40,497 nucleotides of DNA from Thermoplasmatales archaeon SW_10_69_26. Lineage in GTDB: Archaea; Thermoplasmatota; SW-10-69-26. The DNA lies in the NCBI GenBank assembly GCA_003009755.1, contig PXUB01000025.1, forward strand, positions 104,244-144,740, in the 5' to 3' direction. Positions 1 to 9,104 of this stretch are shown here, piece by piece (the stretch's first letter is position 1; every line of letters begins with the position of its first letter). The translations under genes were made by a program, and so were the position numbers. A model generated the notes under the pieces. It was not told the DNA's origin. It did no database searches and saw only the letters and a list, made by a program, of their open reading frames with translations.

Positions 1-335
1 GAGGAGCGACCTCGGTCGACCGGATCGCGGAGAGCGACACGAGGCGGATTCGAACGATTACGAACGGCCGGATCCACCTCCCCGATGGCCGTTCGTACGA
101 AGTTCGAGACCGCCGGACACATCGCGCCATGGCGGTCTCCAAGAATCCGCCTGGGCCCACTTCTCGACGGCCTTCGGCGATCGGGCCACGGCCGTCGAGA
201 AGCGCCACGGCTGCGAGCGACATGCAGAGATGAGTCAAGCGAGCAGCCGTGATGCGTCCGGCGACCGAGGGAGCAACCCCGAGGAGCGACCTCGGTCGAC
301 CGGATCGCGGAGAGCGACAAGAGGCGGATTCGAAC
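1..335. repeat. Structured repeat: 55-bp direct repeat (1-55 = 281-335, one mismatch) with several internal inverted repeats; truncated by the window edge
   Basis: Direct copies 280 bp apart; inverted repeats 42-51/143-152, 59-69/87-97, 106-114/131-139, 160-172/190-202, 257-270/290-304 (last has one bulge). Confidence 0.85.
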
Positions 336-723
336 CCTCGCGGTTCGACCCCCGCGACGCATCGCCCCGACCCTCGGACCCGCACCGAGCGAGCCTCCCC
401 TCGATGGACCCGGGGAGACCCTACGAGGTGGGAGTAAGCGAGACCTGGTCCTCCGGGCTCGGCGAGGTTCACGTCCAGCGGACACCGGTGACCAGCGAAG
501 AGATGGCCGATGTCGACCTCGTGACCGTGGCCGCCCCCGCCGATGGAGACCGCCTGCGCGTCCTCGACCGGGCGTTCCGCGAGGGATCCACCGCTCGAGC
601 CCGGGCCTGTTCGCCCTCGTTCGGTCCATTGCGGGGTTCGAGGTCCAGCCCGGTACGGCAAACACGGCAGGGACGGTGCGTGACAATGGAGGGTTGATGC
701 AGGGATGGTTCGATTGCACCTCG

Positions 724-2466
724 ATGACGGAGGCTGGGCTGCTGGGTTCGCACTCAGCGTACGCGATGCTGGGCCTCGCGGTCTTCCTGTTCCTCGCTCC
801 GGGGGCCACCGCCACGGCAAGCGATGCCGAAGCATCACCAGGCTTGCTACCAGGCCCGCCAACGGACACCGACCACGATGAGGTTCGCAGCCTGTTGGCA
901 TCGACCGACGATGCCGAAGATGCCTCGCTGGCGACCGTGCTCGGGGTGGCGGAGGACGTGTCCGATCAGCAGGCCCGAAGCGTCGGGGTGGAGGCTGCCA
1001 AGGCACAGCCATCCTCGTCGTCGGCCTCGACCGTGTCCTCTGTGGAGGCTGCCTCGTTGTCCAAGGCGGTCGCCGAGCTGGCGCACCGACACGACGCACG
1101 CCTAAGCGGCGACGGTCGAGCCTCGCTGGCCGTGCTGGAGACCTCCTCGCCAGAGATGGCCTCCGCGATGGCCGACCTCGTCTCTGGATTCATCCAGCTG
1201 GAAGCGGCCAGCATGCAAGCCTTCGAGGACATCGCGATCGACGAACGAGCTCCGACGATCGCCGCTGGACCGGACCAGCAGGGATCAGCGCTCGAGAGCG
1301 TCCACGAGGAGGCGTTGACGGAGGTGTTCGCGGCTCGGTCGAGCTTCCTCGACGCCGTGAACGCCTTCGCCACCGCCTCGCAATCCTCTCCTGACCTCAC
1401 GGTGGACGCCTGCCCGGCCCTCGTCATCGACTCGACCGCCACGGACCGGCCCTACGAGGGGGACTGCGCGTTCGTCCTCGATGACGCGGGCAACGACACT
1501 TACCGCAACAACGCCGGTGGGACGGCCGAGGGCTTCCCCGCTGCGGGGCTCGTCGACCTCGCGGGCGACGACACCTACGGCGACGTCGAGGCTCCCCGCT
1601 GCTGCGGCGCCAACGGTGGCGGTCTCTTCGGCGCCGGGCTCCTCGTCGACGGGAGCGGCGACGACGTCTACCATGCGGCCTCGCGCGCAGTTAACGGTGG
1701 CGGCCAAGCCGGGCTCGGTCTCCTGGTCGACGCCGACGGACGCGACCGCTACCAGGCCGGCCACGAGCAGACCGTCACGTGCGAGACAGACGCCTGCTAT
1801 GCCCGCGCCGGCAGCTGGGCCGTCAACGGAGGCGCCTACATGGGCGCCGGCACCCTCGTGGACGGCGGTGGATCGGACGCCTTCCGGGCCGGCGTGAACG
1901 CGTCGGCGAGCTGCGAGGCGCCGCGTTGCTGGGCCGCGGTGGGCAGCCAGGGCGTCAACGGCGGCGGCTACGGCGGTCCGGCCACGCTCGTGTCCCTCGG
2001 CGGCGACGATCGCTACGAGGCGGCGACAAACGCGACGGCGGATTGTACCGGGTACGATTGCCATGCGAAGGCCGGTGGACAGGGTGTCAACGGAGGCTCC
2101 TTCGCCGGTGCCGGCCGCCTCCTCGACGCTGCCGGCGGCGATCGCTACGATGCGGGCGTCAACGCTCGCGGCGTCTGCGACGACTTCTGCGAGGTCTACG
2201 TCGGCTCGCGCGGCACCAACGGCGGCGGATCCTACGGACCCGGCGCGCTCGTGGACGCTCAGGGGACGGACGTCTACCGGGCCAGCGTGGGCCCCCAGCG
2301 AGCATGCGAGGACGTTTGCTACGACGACGACTGGAACGGCGAGGGCGGGATCCTATTCGACGCTGGCGGGATCGGTGACGAGTACCACGATCCCGAGGTG
2401 GACTGCACCGACTGCACGAGGGCGCCCCGCGAGGGGTTGGGCGCCCTGGTGGACGTGAACCCTTGA
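724..2466 (+). CDS. Secreted Gly/Asp-repeat protein, putative Ca-binding beta-solenoid with Cys-pair loops (start uncertain: 676, 697, 724 or 766)
   Basis: Signal-peptide-like MLGLAVFLFLAPGATATA; about 8 repeats of NGGGxxGxGxLxDxxGxDxY; CxxxxC/CxxxC inserts. Confidence 0.8.
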   Translation: MTEAGLLGSHSAYAMLGLAVFLFLAPGATATASDAEASPGLLPGPPTDTDHDEVRSLLASTDDAEDASLATVLGVAEDVSDQQARSVGVEAAKAQPSSSSASTVSSVEAASLSKAVAELAHRHDARLSGDGRASLAVLETSSPEMASAMADLVSGFIQLEAASMQAFEDIAIDERAPTIAAGPDQQGSALESVHEEALTEVFAARSSFLDAVNAFATASQSSPDLTVDACPALVIDSTATDRPYEGDCAFVLDDAGNDTYRNNAGGTAEGFPAAGLVDLAGDDTYGDVEAPRCCGANGGGLFGAGLLVDGSGDDVYHAASRAVNGGGQAGLGLLVDADGRDRYQAGHEQTVTCETDACYARAGSWAVNGGAYMGAGTLVDGGGSDAFRAGVNASASCEAPRCWAAVGSQGVNGGGYGGPATLVSLGGDDRYEAATNATADCTGYDCHAKAGGQGVNGGSFAGAGRLLDAAGGDRYDAGVNARGVCDDFCEVYVGSRGTNGGGSYGPGALVDAQGTDVYRASVGPQRACEDVCYDDDWNGEGGILFDAGGIGDEYHDPEVDCTDCTRAPREGLGALVDVNP

Positions 2467-2538
2467 TGGTTCGGCCTGATCGGCATGGTTCACATCTGTT
2501 TGGACAACGGTTAATTCCGCATCCCCAGCTCCCCGATC

Positions 2539-2736
2539 GTGCGTTGGCGGGCTTTGCTGTTCGCGAGGACCTGGGTGAACGATGATGACGGCAGCCGGGA
2601 GAGGAGGGTGATCGAAGAGCGCATCGACCCAGCTGTCGAAGGGGGAACGGTCGATGGAGCATCGGTCTCCTCCGTCCGCGTGGGCCAGACCCCCAACTGT
2701 CCGCAGGCTCGCGATCGTCACGTCGGCGGTGCGTGA
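2539..2736 (+). CDS. Candidate small hypothetical protein (65 aa)
   Basis: GTG start ~23 nt after TATA-like ggttaatt (2509-2516); fills an otherwise empty gap; no recognised domain. Confidence 0.3.
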   Translation: MRWRALLFARTWVNDDDGSRERRVIEERIDPAVEGGTVDGASVSSVRVGQTPNCPQARDRHVGGA

Positions 2737-2752
2737 AGGGAGCGATCCAGAG

Positions 2753-2938
2753 CTAGGGCAGTCCAGCTTGGCTTCGGCGGGGGCTGGAGCCGGTGTGCTC
2801 GGAGGGGTCCTGGACGAAGCGGTCCCGGCACTCTTCCGAGCAGAAGTGGTAGATGACGCCGCCCTGGAGCTTCTTCGGCGTGTTCCGCTGAACTTGGACG
2901 TGATCGTCGCAGACGGCGCAGTTGGTTTCCTTGTTCAT
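2753..2938 (-). CDS. YHS/TRASH domain metal-binding protein
   Basis: CAVC...YHFCSEECRDRFVQDP motif; AGGAGG Shine-Dalgarno upstream of ATG. Confidence 0.85.
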   Translation of the reverse strand: MNKETNCAVCDDHVQVQRNTPKKLQGGVIYHFCSEECRDRFVQDPSEHTGSSPRRSQAGLP

Positions 2939-3121
2939 GGTGTCCCTCCTGGGGGAACGGGCAGGTGCATCCCGTCCTTCGAGTACGGTCGCGCCCTCGT
3001 AAACCTGTCGGGTTCGATACGTCAGCCCAGGGGGACAGCACCTCTCGCGGGGGGCGTTGGCGGGAGGTCCAAGCCGGGACGAAGGAGAATCCTCTTAAGT
3101 TCGTTCGGACTCTGTGGACGC

Positions 3122-3703
3122 GTGCCGGACCTCGAGAACCCGCAGCAGGCCGTCTTCGAAGGTGAAAAGTACATCGACAACGCGCGGGATGCGCTCGACC
3201 AGGATGTAGAGGACGAGGACGACCTGTACATCTGGGAGAACCAGCTGGCCGCCATCGACGAGTTCCTCGCCGACACCGAGGACATGGACCCCGAAGGCCA
3301 GGACCTGGACGAGGTCCGAGCGGAGGCCCGCGAGTGCAAGGAGAAGCTCGAGGCCGAGATCGCCGGCTTCTTCGACCAGCCCGTCGAGGCCGAGGATACC
3401 GAGGCCAACATCGCCGCCCTCCTCGACGTCGCCCGACAGCTCATCGAGGAGGCCGAGGAGGTGCTCGAGGCTCGCCCCGACCCCGAGGAGCTCGACGAGC
3501 ACGCCAACGAGATCGAGACGACCGTCATCGGGATCAAGCAGTGGTTGGCGGACAGCGAACCCTACCACGACGAGACCGACATGATGACCCAGGCGCGTCG
3601 GGACATGAAGATGATCACCGAGGCGCTCGAGGAGAAGCTCGACGAGACCGTGTCGGCGTGGAAGCGCAAGGTCGAGGAAGAAGAAGACGACGACGAGGAG
3701 TAA
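3122..3703 (+). CDS. Highly acidic alpha-helical hypothetical protein with an internal duplication
   Basis: GTG at 3122 ~22 nt after TATA-like cttaagt; coding-like Asp/Glu-rich sequence starts here, unlike the upstream part of ORF 2654-3703. Confidence 0.8.
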   Translation: MPDLENPQQAVFEGEKYIDNARDALDQDVEDEDDLYIWENQLAAIDEFLADTEDMDPEGQDLDEVRAEARECKEKLEAEIAGFFDQPVEAEDTEANIAALLDVARQLIEEAEEVLEARPDPEELDEHANEIETTVIGIKQWLADSEPYHDETDMMTQARRDMKMITEALEEKLDETVSAWKRKVEEEEDDDEE

Positions 3704-3748
3704 CCGGCCGGCGGCCCCGAGCCATCCGTCACCTCAGCCTCGCTGCTC

Positions 3749-4453
3749 TCAGAACAATCCCTCCTCTCTCAGCTTGCGGCGTTGATCGCGGGGCAGCCCT
3801 CGCTCCATGAACACCGGGGTCTTCCAGACGAACACGACGATCCCGTAGAGGGCGAGGATCGCGGCCGTGACCCAGCTCCCCTCCAGGGGAACGACCGCCA
3901 GTCCCCGCTGGACGGGAACCAGCCCCAAAAAGCCCAGGATCGCGTGGGCGGGGATCAGCCACAGGAGGCTGGCCAGGAACCCAGATGTGATCGAGCCGCG
4001 GGCCGGGCCCAGACCCAAGCGGAGCCCGGAGACGAAGTGGGCGCCGGTCAGCCCGATGGCGGCGGCCAGGACCTTGACGAGCAGTTGCCAGGTGGTCGGC
4101 TCGCCGGCGACGTACTGGACGTAGAAGACCACGAGCATCGCGGCCATCATCGCGCCGGCGGCACCGCCGAGCAGCACGGTCTCCTCGCGGTCGCGGAATC
4201 GGGGCAAGCCGACGAGCATCGTCTTCGCCATCGTCTCGACGAGCGGGAACGCCAGGACGACGAAGAGCACGCTGGCATCCTGCAGGATGAAGCGCTCGGC
4301 GATCGCGACCAGCAGGCCGAGCACGAGGCCGCCGATCATGGCCACGAACATCGCTTGGTCGCGGAAGAACTCCTCCTGGGCGCCCAACACGAAGTAGACG
4401 ATGCTCAACGCGGGCAGGAACGCCAGGATGCCCAGGAACAGCTGCGAGGCCAC
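3749..4453 (-). CDS. Multi-pass membrane protein, distantly PrsW-like
   Basis: 7-8 hydrophobic segments; PLVETMAK resembles a degenerate PrsW EExxK motif; GAGGT SD upstream. Confidence 0.65.
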   Translation of the reverse strand: MASQLFLGILAFLPALSIVYFVLGAQEEFFRDQAMFVAMIGGLVLGLLVAIAERFILQDASVLFVVLAFPLVETMAKTMLVGLPRFRDREETVLLGGAAGAMMAAMLVVFYVQYVAGEPTTWQLLVKVLAAAIGLTGAHFVSGLRLGLGPARGSITSGFLASLLWLIPAHAILGFLGLVPVQRGLAVVPLEGSWVTAAILALYGIVVFVWKTPVFMERGLPRDQRRKLREEGLF

Positions 4454-4475
4454 GGCGACCTCACAGGGGACCGTC

Positions 4476-4534
4476 GGTTAAACCCTGCTCGGTCGACGCG
4501 GGCGATGTCGGTCCCCGCCGGGTAGCGTTAAAGG
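4476..4534. promoter_or_regulatory. Divergent TATA-like boxes for the PrsW-like gene (-) and trm1 (+)
   Basis: TTTAA on minus strand (4478-4482) and TTAAAG on plus strand (4528-4533), each ~22-25 nt upstream of a GTG start. Confidence 0.55.
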
Positions 4535-4554
4535 CAAGGCTCCGTTGGCCGCAC

Positions 4555-5685
4555 GTGGACACGGCCAAGGTGACCGAGGGGCCGACCTCGCTGCAGGTCG
4601 GCAGCGATGCGATCGGCGAGGAGGGCCCAGCCGAGGTCGGCCAGGGCTTCTACAACCCGGCGATGGCGATCACTCGCGATCTGACCGTGTTGGCGGCCAA
4701 GGCTTTCCAGCCGCCGCAGCGGCCGGAGTTCCTCGACGGGCTCGCCGCGGCCGGCGCCCGGGGGTTGCGTGTGGCCAACGAGACCGAGGACTGGTGGGTG
4801 ACGCTCAACGATCGGGCTCGACGCACGGCCAAGCTGGCGCAGGCCAACGTCGAGGGCTTGGGCTTGACCGATCGCGTCGTGACGCGCTCGCGGGAGCTGA
4901 CCGCGTTGCTGGCGGAGGGCTCGTGGGCGTTCGTCGAGGTCGATCCCTACGGCTCGCCCGTCGCGTTCCTGGGTCCGGCGTTGCGCGGCGTGGACGATGG
5001 CGGCCTGGTCGCGTTCACGGCCACCGACGCCACCGCTTTGCACGGTGTGGACGCCAAGCCGGCCCGCCGCCGCTACCTGGCCGAGCCGCCGCCGCGGCAC
5101 GCGCCCGGGTGGAAGGAGGCGGCGGCTCGCTTGCTCGTCGGCGCCATCGTGCGCGAGGCGGCCCGCCACGATCGGGCGGCCGAGCCTGTGCTCGTCCACA
5201 CCCACCAGCACGCGTTCCGCGTCTACGTGCGCGTCGAGGACGGTGCACGCGCCGCCGACCGGGCCCTGGGGCAGGTCGACGAGGTCGTGCTCTGCCCCGA
5301 GTGCTACACGTGGGGGCGCCAGGCGTGCGCCTGCGGGCAGGGATCGCCGACGGGCCCATACAAGCTGGGGCCCTTGCACGACGAGGACCTGCTGGCGGGG
5401 ATGCGCCAGGCCGCCGAGAGGGCCAGGCTCGCCGAACCGCAGGCGACGGCGACCCTGCTCGAGCGGCTGGCGGGCGAGGCCCGGATGGGGCCGTTCTTCC
5501 TCGACGTCGACCGGGCGCTCGAGGCCCGGGGGCTGGGCAGTCCACCGCCACGCGAGGACCTGCGGGCGGCCCTGGCGGAGGCAGGGATCGCGACCGAGCG
5601 TTCGCACTACGGCCCGACGCGGTTGGCCTACGAGGGCGACCCGGACGAAGCCCTCGCCGTGCTCGACGAGCTGGCCACCCGGTGA
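4555..5685 (+). CDS. trm1: tRNA (guanine26-N2)-dimethyltransferase Trm1
   Basis: FYNPAM..RD, LDGLAAAGARGLR, VDPYGSP and TATD motifs; CPEC..CAC zinc site; GPL motif. Confidence 0.92.
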   Translation: MDTAKVTEGPTSLQVGSDAIGEEGPAEVGQGFYNPAMAITRDLTVLAAKAFQPPQRPEFLDGLAAAGARGLRVANETEDWWVTLNDRARRTAKLAQANVEGLGLTDRVVTRSRELTALLAEGSWAFVEVDPYGSPVAFLGPALRGVDDGGLVAFTATDATALHGVDAKPARRRYLAEPPPRHAPGWKEAAARLLVGAIVREAARHDRAAEPVLVHTHQHAFRVYVRVEDGARAADRALGQVDEVVLCPECYTWGRQACACGQGSPTGPYKLGPLHDEDLLAGMRQAAERARLAEPQATATLLERLAGEARMGPFFLDVDRALEARGLGSPPPREDLRAALAEAGIATERSHYGPTRLAYEGDPDEALAVLDELATR

Positions 5686-5688
5686 GGG

Positions 5689-6189
5689 TTAGGCCTCGCC
5701 GCGCTCGGCGAGGCGCTCGTCGATCTCGAGCAGGCCGGCGGGATCGTCGTCGATGAACTTGAAGAGCCCGAGGATGCGGCGGAACGTGCGCTCCTCCTCG
5801 ACCTGCTCGTCGACGAACCAGTCGAGCATGTTCGCGAGCGGGCGGTCGCCCTCCTCCTCGGCCTGGTCGTAGATGCGCTCGATCTGGTCAGTAACCGTCT
5901 GCTCGTGCTGGTAGGCCTCGCGGAAGACGCCCTGCACGCTGTCCCATTCGCTGGGCGTGTCCGCGAGAGCCCCGATGTCCACGCGAGCGTCGCGGTCGAC
6001 CAGGTGGTCGTAGAACTTCATCGCGTGCTCGCGCTCCTCCTCGGATTGCTCGCGCATGAACTCGGCGCAGCCGTAGAGGCCGCGCTCGTTCAGGTAGGCG
6101 GCCATCGAGAGGTACAGGTGGCTGGCGTGGAGCTCGTGGACGATCTGCTCGTTGCAGAGGTCGAGAAGCGGTGCAGGGATCTCGGTCAT
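5689..6189 (-). CDS. ftnA: Non-heme ferritin
   Basis: E..AS.LYLSM, EQSEEEREHA, HEQ.VT and WFVDEQVEEE ferroxidase-centre motifs. Confidence 0.95.
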   Translation of the reverse strand: MTEIPAPLLDLCNEQIVHELHASHLYLSMAAYLNERGLYGCAEFMREQSEEEREHAMKFYDHLVDRDARVDIGALADTPSEWDSVQGVFREAYQHEQTVTDQIERIYDQAEEEGDRPLANMLDWFVDEQVEEERTFRRILGLFKFIDDDPAGLLEIDERLAERGEA

Positions 6190-6269
6190 CGTGGACGCCT
6201 CCCCGCGTATTCACCGTCTTCACTACAAAACCCCGCCGGTGCTTAGGTTACCCGAAACGGGCCGGAGGG

Positions 6270-6818
6270 TCAATGCCGGGCCTTCGAGTCCTCGCGTTCC
6301 TCGCCGGTCGGGATCCCGGACTCGGGCATCCCGATGGCGCGCGCCAGCGTGGCGATCTCGGTGTCCTCGATCCAGGGGACCGAGAGGTAGCGCCAGAACC
6401 ACTCGTCGGAGAGGCCCAGGCGTTTGGCCTCCTCGTACGTGATACGATAGGCTTCCTGCTCGGTCGGCCAGTCGACGTAGGCCTCCGGGAAGTGGTAGAC
6501 CTGCTGGCCGTCGTGCACTTGACGCACGTGCACGAGCTCGTGCGCTAGATCCAGGTAGACGACGATCGGAGGCTGCTCGCGGGTGTAGGAGGTCGGGCAC
6601 AGGATGTGCCCGGTGTGGTCGTCGACGCGCGGGAAGCCCTCGCCTCGGAAGCACACCACGCGGGCGGCCTCGAGCAGGTCGTCGACGTCGGTGTCGCCGG
6701 CGATGGCTTGGGCGACCTCGCGCTTGGCGAGGCCGGGCACGACCTCGTTGAAGGAGTGGATGCCCTCGCCAGGCACGTTCGGCTGGACCGGAGGCTGGAT
6801 CGCTTCGTCCTCAGCCAC
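6270..6818 (-). CDS. Hypothetical zincin-like protein (HExxH)
   Basis: LAHELVHVRQ plus downstream PTEQEAY glutamate; start overlaps rlmE stop. Confidence 0.7.
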   Translation of the reverse strand: MAEDEAIQPPVQPNVPGEGIHSFNEVVPGLAKREVAQAIAGDTDVDDLLEAARVVCFRGEGFPRVDDHTGHILCPTSYTREQPPIVVYLDLAHELVHVRQVHDGQQVYHFPEAYVDWPTEQEAYRITYEEAKRLGLSDEWFWRYLSVPWIEDTEIATLARAIGMPESGIPTGEEREDSKARH

Positions 6819-7404
6819 GGAACCGATCCCCGATGAGGTAGGTCTCGCTCGATTCGTCGCGCGATGCCTCGGGCTTGCGGCCCTTGTGGAAGGCGAAGGC
6901 CTCGCCCACCTCGTCGTAGACGTCCTTGAACAGGTCGCCCTGGAAGACCTTGACCACCGTCGCGCCCCCGGGTCGGAGGACCTGGCTGGCCACGTCCAGG
7001 GCGGTCTGGGCCAGGTGGACGCTGCGGGCGTGATCCATCGAGTAGTTGCCCGACAGGTTGGGCGCCATGTCGGACACGACGACGTCGACCGGTCCGCCGG
7101 CCGCCCGGCGGATGGCCTCGACCGTGGACTCCTCGGTGATGTCGCCGCGGACCTCGGTCACGCGATCGTCCTCGACCTCGATCGGTTGCTGGTCGACGGC
7201 GATCACGCGGCCGTCCTCGCCGACGCGCTCGAGGGCGATCTGGGTCCAACCACCTGGCGAGGCGCCCAGATCCACGACGGTCTCACCCTCGTCGATCAGG
7301 GTGAACTCCTCGCAGATGTCCGCCAGCTTGTACACGGCGCGCGAGAGGTAGCCCTCCCGGCGGGCGCGTTGGGCGAAGCGGTCGTCGGAGCGGGGACCGG
7401 CCAC
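6811..7404 (-). CDS. rlmE: 23S rRNA 2'-O-methyltransferase RlmE (FtsJ/RrmJ)
   Basis: GYLSRAVYKL, VDLGASPGGW, SDMAPNLSG, KVFQG, KPEASR..SSE.Y; GTG start at 7404 inferred from the family N-terminus. Confidence 0.95.
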   Translation of the reverse strand: MAGPRSDDRFAQRARREGYLSRAVYKLADICEEFTLIDEGETVVDLGASPGGWTQIALERVGEDGRVIAVDQQPIEVEDDRVTEVRGDITEESTVEAIRRAAGGPVDVVVSDMAPNLSGNYSMDHARSVHLAQTALDVASQVLRPGGATVVKVFQGDLFKDVYDEVGEAFAFHKGRKPEASRDESSETYLIGDRFRG

Positions 7405-7542
7405 GGCGAGGGCTAACCGGGGACACAGGAAAACGTTTCCGCCGGGCACCGCCGGGCCGGGGGGACGGCCGGCCGCTCGTGGCCTCCCTCGGCCGTCCGG
7501 CGCTCCGACGCTTACATCAACGTCCTCCGCATTCGGCCGACG

Positions 7543-8634
7543 GTGCTCGACCCCGTCTCGGCGTTCTCCCACGCGAGCGTTCTCCGGTGGCGGCTCGTCG
7601 CCGGCGCGGCGCTCGTCGCCTTGATCTACGCTGGCTTCCGAGCGCGCGCCGACGTGGCCGAGCGCATGGGGTTCACCGACGCCGACGTGGCCCTCGTCAC
7701 CGTGGGGGCGCTGGCGGCGCCGGTGCTGAGCGTCCCGGTGGCCGTCGTCGACGGGGCCGTGTTCGCCGTCAACCTCGGCGGCGCGCTCGTCCCGTTGATC
7801 ATCGCCTGGCGGTTGCACCAACGTGGCCACCTGCCGCTGGGCCGGACCGCGGTGGGGGCCGTTCCCGTGGCCCTGGCGACGTGGTACGTCGTCGACGTGC
7901 AGCCGGGCGTGGGCGTGGTCGCCGGGTGGCCGGAGTTCATGTTGCCAGCGCTGGTGGCGCTCGTCGTCGGCCTGGTCGCCGGCGGCATCGAGCCCGACCG
8001 GGCCGGTCCGATCGCGCTGGCGGCCGGCTCCTTCGGGGCCCTCGTCGGAGCCGACCTGGTCACCTTGCCCGAGGTGCTGGCGGTGGCGCGGGAGGCACCG
8101 CGGGGGGCCGCGCTCGTGGTCGGCGGGGGTGGCAGCTTCGATCTGGTGTTCCTTGCGGGCGCGCTGGGGCTCGCGTTGAGCCTCGCGTTGACCCTGCTCG
8201 TCACCGAGGCGACCCCGGCCAAGCTGGGCGCTCGCCGCGGCCGAGCCCTGCGGGTCGCCGAGGCCGACCAAGTATTGGCCCAGCTCGATCCCTTGCCGGG
8301 CTGGACGCCGCGCGAGCAGGCCTTGGCTCACTTGGCCCGAGCCAATCTGGCCCTGGCCAGCGACCGACGCGCCCGGGCGGCCCGCGAGGCTCACGAGGCG
8401 ATCGACGTGTTGTTGCGCGCGGGGTCCCCCACGCTGCTGGAGCGAGTGCGCCGAGGGGAGGCCGCGGACGAGATCGTCGCCGAGCTGGAGGGCCTGCAGG
8501 ATCGGGCGCAGGCGTCCGCCGACGAGGTGGGATGGGCGCAGGCGGCCGAGACGGTGGAGGCGGCCAAGCACGTCGCCGGCCGGCTGTGGCATTACGCGCC
8601 GGGGCGCGTGCGTCCGGAGGGGTGGCGAGCGTGA
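7543..8634 (+). CDS. DUF1614-family membrane protein with a C-terminal helical soluble extension
   Basis: AVNLGGALVP, GALVGADL and GGGGSFDLVFLAG motifs; ~140-aa Ala/Arg/Glu-rich C-terminal domain. Confidence 0.8.
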   Translation: MLDPVSAFSHASVLRWRLVAGAALVALIYAGFRARADVAERMGFTDADVALVTVGALAAPVLSVPVAVVDGAVFAVNLGGALVPLIIAWRLHQRGHLPLGRTAVGAVPVALATWYVVDVQPGVGVVAGWPEFMLPALVALVVGLVAGGIEPDRAGPIALAAGSFGALVGADLVTLPEVLAVAREAPRGAALVVGGGGSFDLVFLAGALGLALSLALTLLVTEATPAKLGARRGRALRVAEADQVLAQLDPLPGWTPREQALAHLARANLALASDRRARAAREAHEAIDVLLRAGSPTLLERVRRGEAADEIVAELEGLQDRAQASADEVGWAQAAETVEAAKHVAGRLWHYAPGRVRPEGWRA

Positions 8635-9104
8635 GGGCCCAAGCGATGGAGGGGCCGGCGGCGGCGCCGTTGCTCGACCGGGCGGCGGCCTACCTGGTGG
8701 ACAGCCTCGTGACGGCGCTCGTGTGGGGGCTGCTCGTCGTCGCGTTCACCGGGGATCCGCTGGCGCCGGCGACGTGGGATCCGACGCGGGCCCAGGTGCT
8801 CTCGATGCTGTTCCTCGTCATCCCGTTCGGCTACTTCCTCGCCTTCGAGGGCGCGTGGGCCACCACGCCCGGCAAGCGCCTGTTCGGGCTGCAGGTCACC
8901 GACGGGCAGGGGCGACGAGCCGGCGGCTACGAGGCCACGGTCCGCAACGTGTTGCGCTTGGCCTGGTCGCTGGGCCCGCTGGGGCCCCTCTTCCTGACGT
9001 TGGACGCGGCGTTGGTCCAGTGGACCGAGCGCGACGTGCGGATCGGCGATCACGCGGCCGGCACGCGCGTGCGCCGGAGCCTCGAGCCCGTCATCCCGCT
9101 GTGA
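8631..9104 (+). CDS. RDD family membrane protein
   Basis: RAAAYLVD, TPGKRLFGLQV, VRNVLR, RIGDHAAGTRV; GTGA overlap with upstream gene and GGAGG SD. Confidence 0.9.
   Translation: MRAQAMEGPAAAPLLDRAAAYLVDSLVTALVWGLLVVAFTGDPLAPATWDPTRAQVLSMLFLVIPFGYFLAFEGAWATTPGKRLFGLQVTDGQGRRAGGYEATVRNVLRLAWSLGPLGPLFLTLDAALVQWTERDVRIGDHAAGTRVRRSLEPVIPL

Noticed and set aside
1-335. CRISPR array
   Set aside because: Only two copies of a 55-bp unit separated by 225 bp of self-complementary sequence; wrong geometry and no cas genes.
321-337. tRNA or attachment site (GGTTCGAATCC T-loop-like motif on the minus strand)
   Set aside because: No T-stem, acceptor or anticodon arms can be built around it; no integrase nearby.
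230-697. 155-aa ORF
   Set aside because: The N-terminal part runs through the repeat and is low-complexity. The middle (from ~404) might be a gene remnant but has no recognisable motif.
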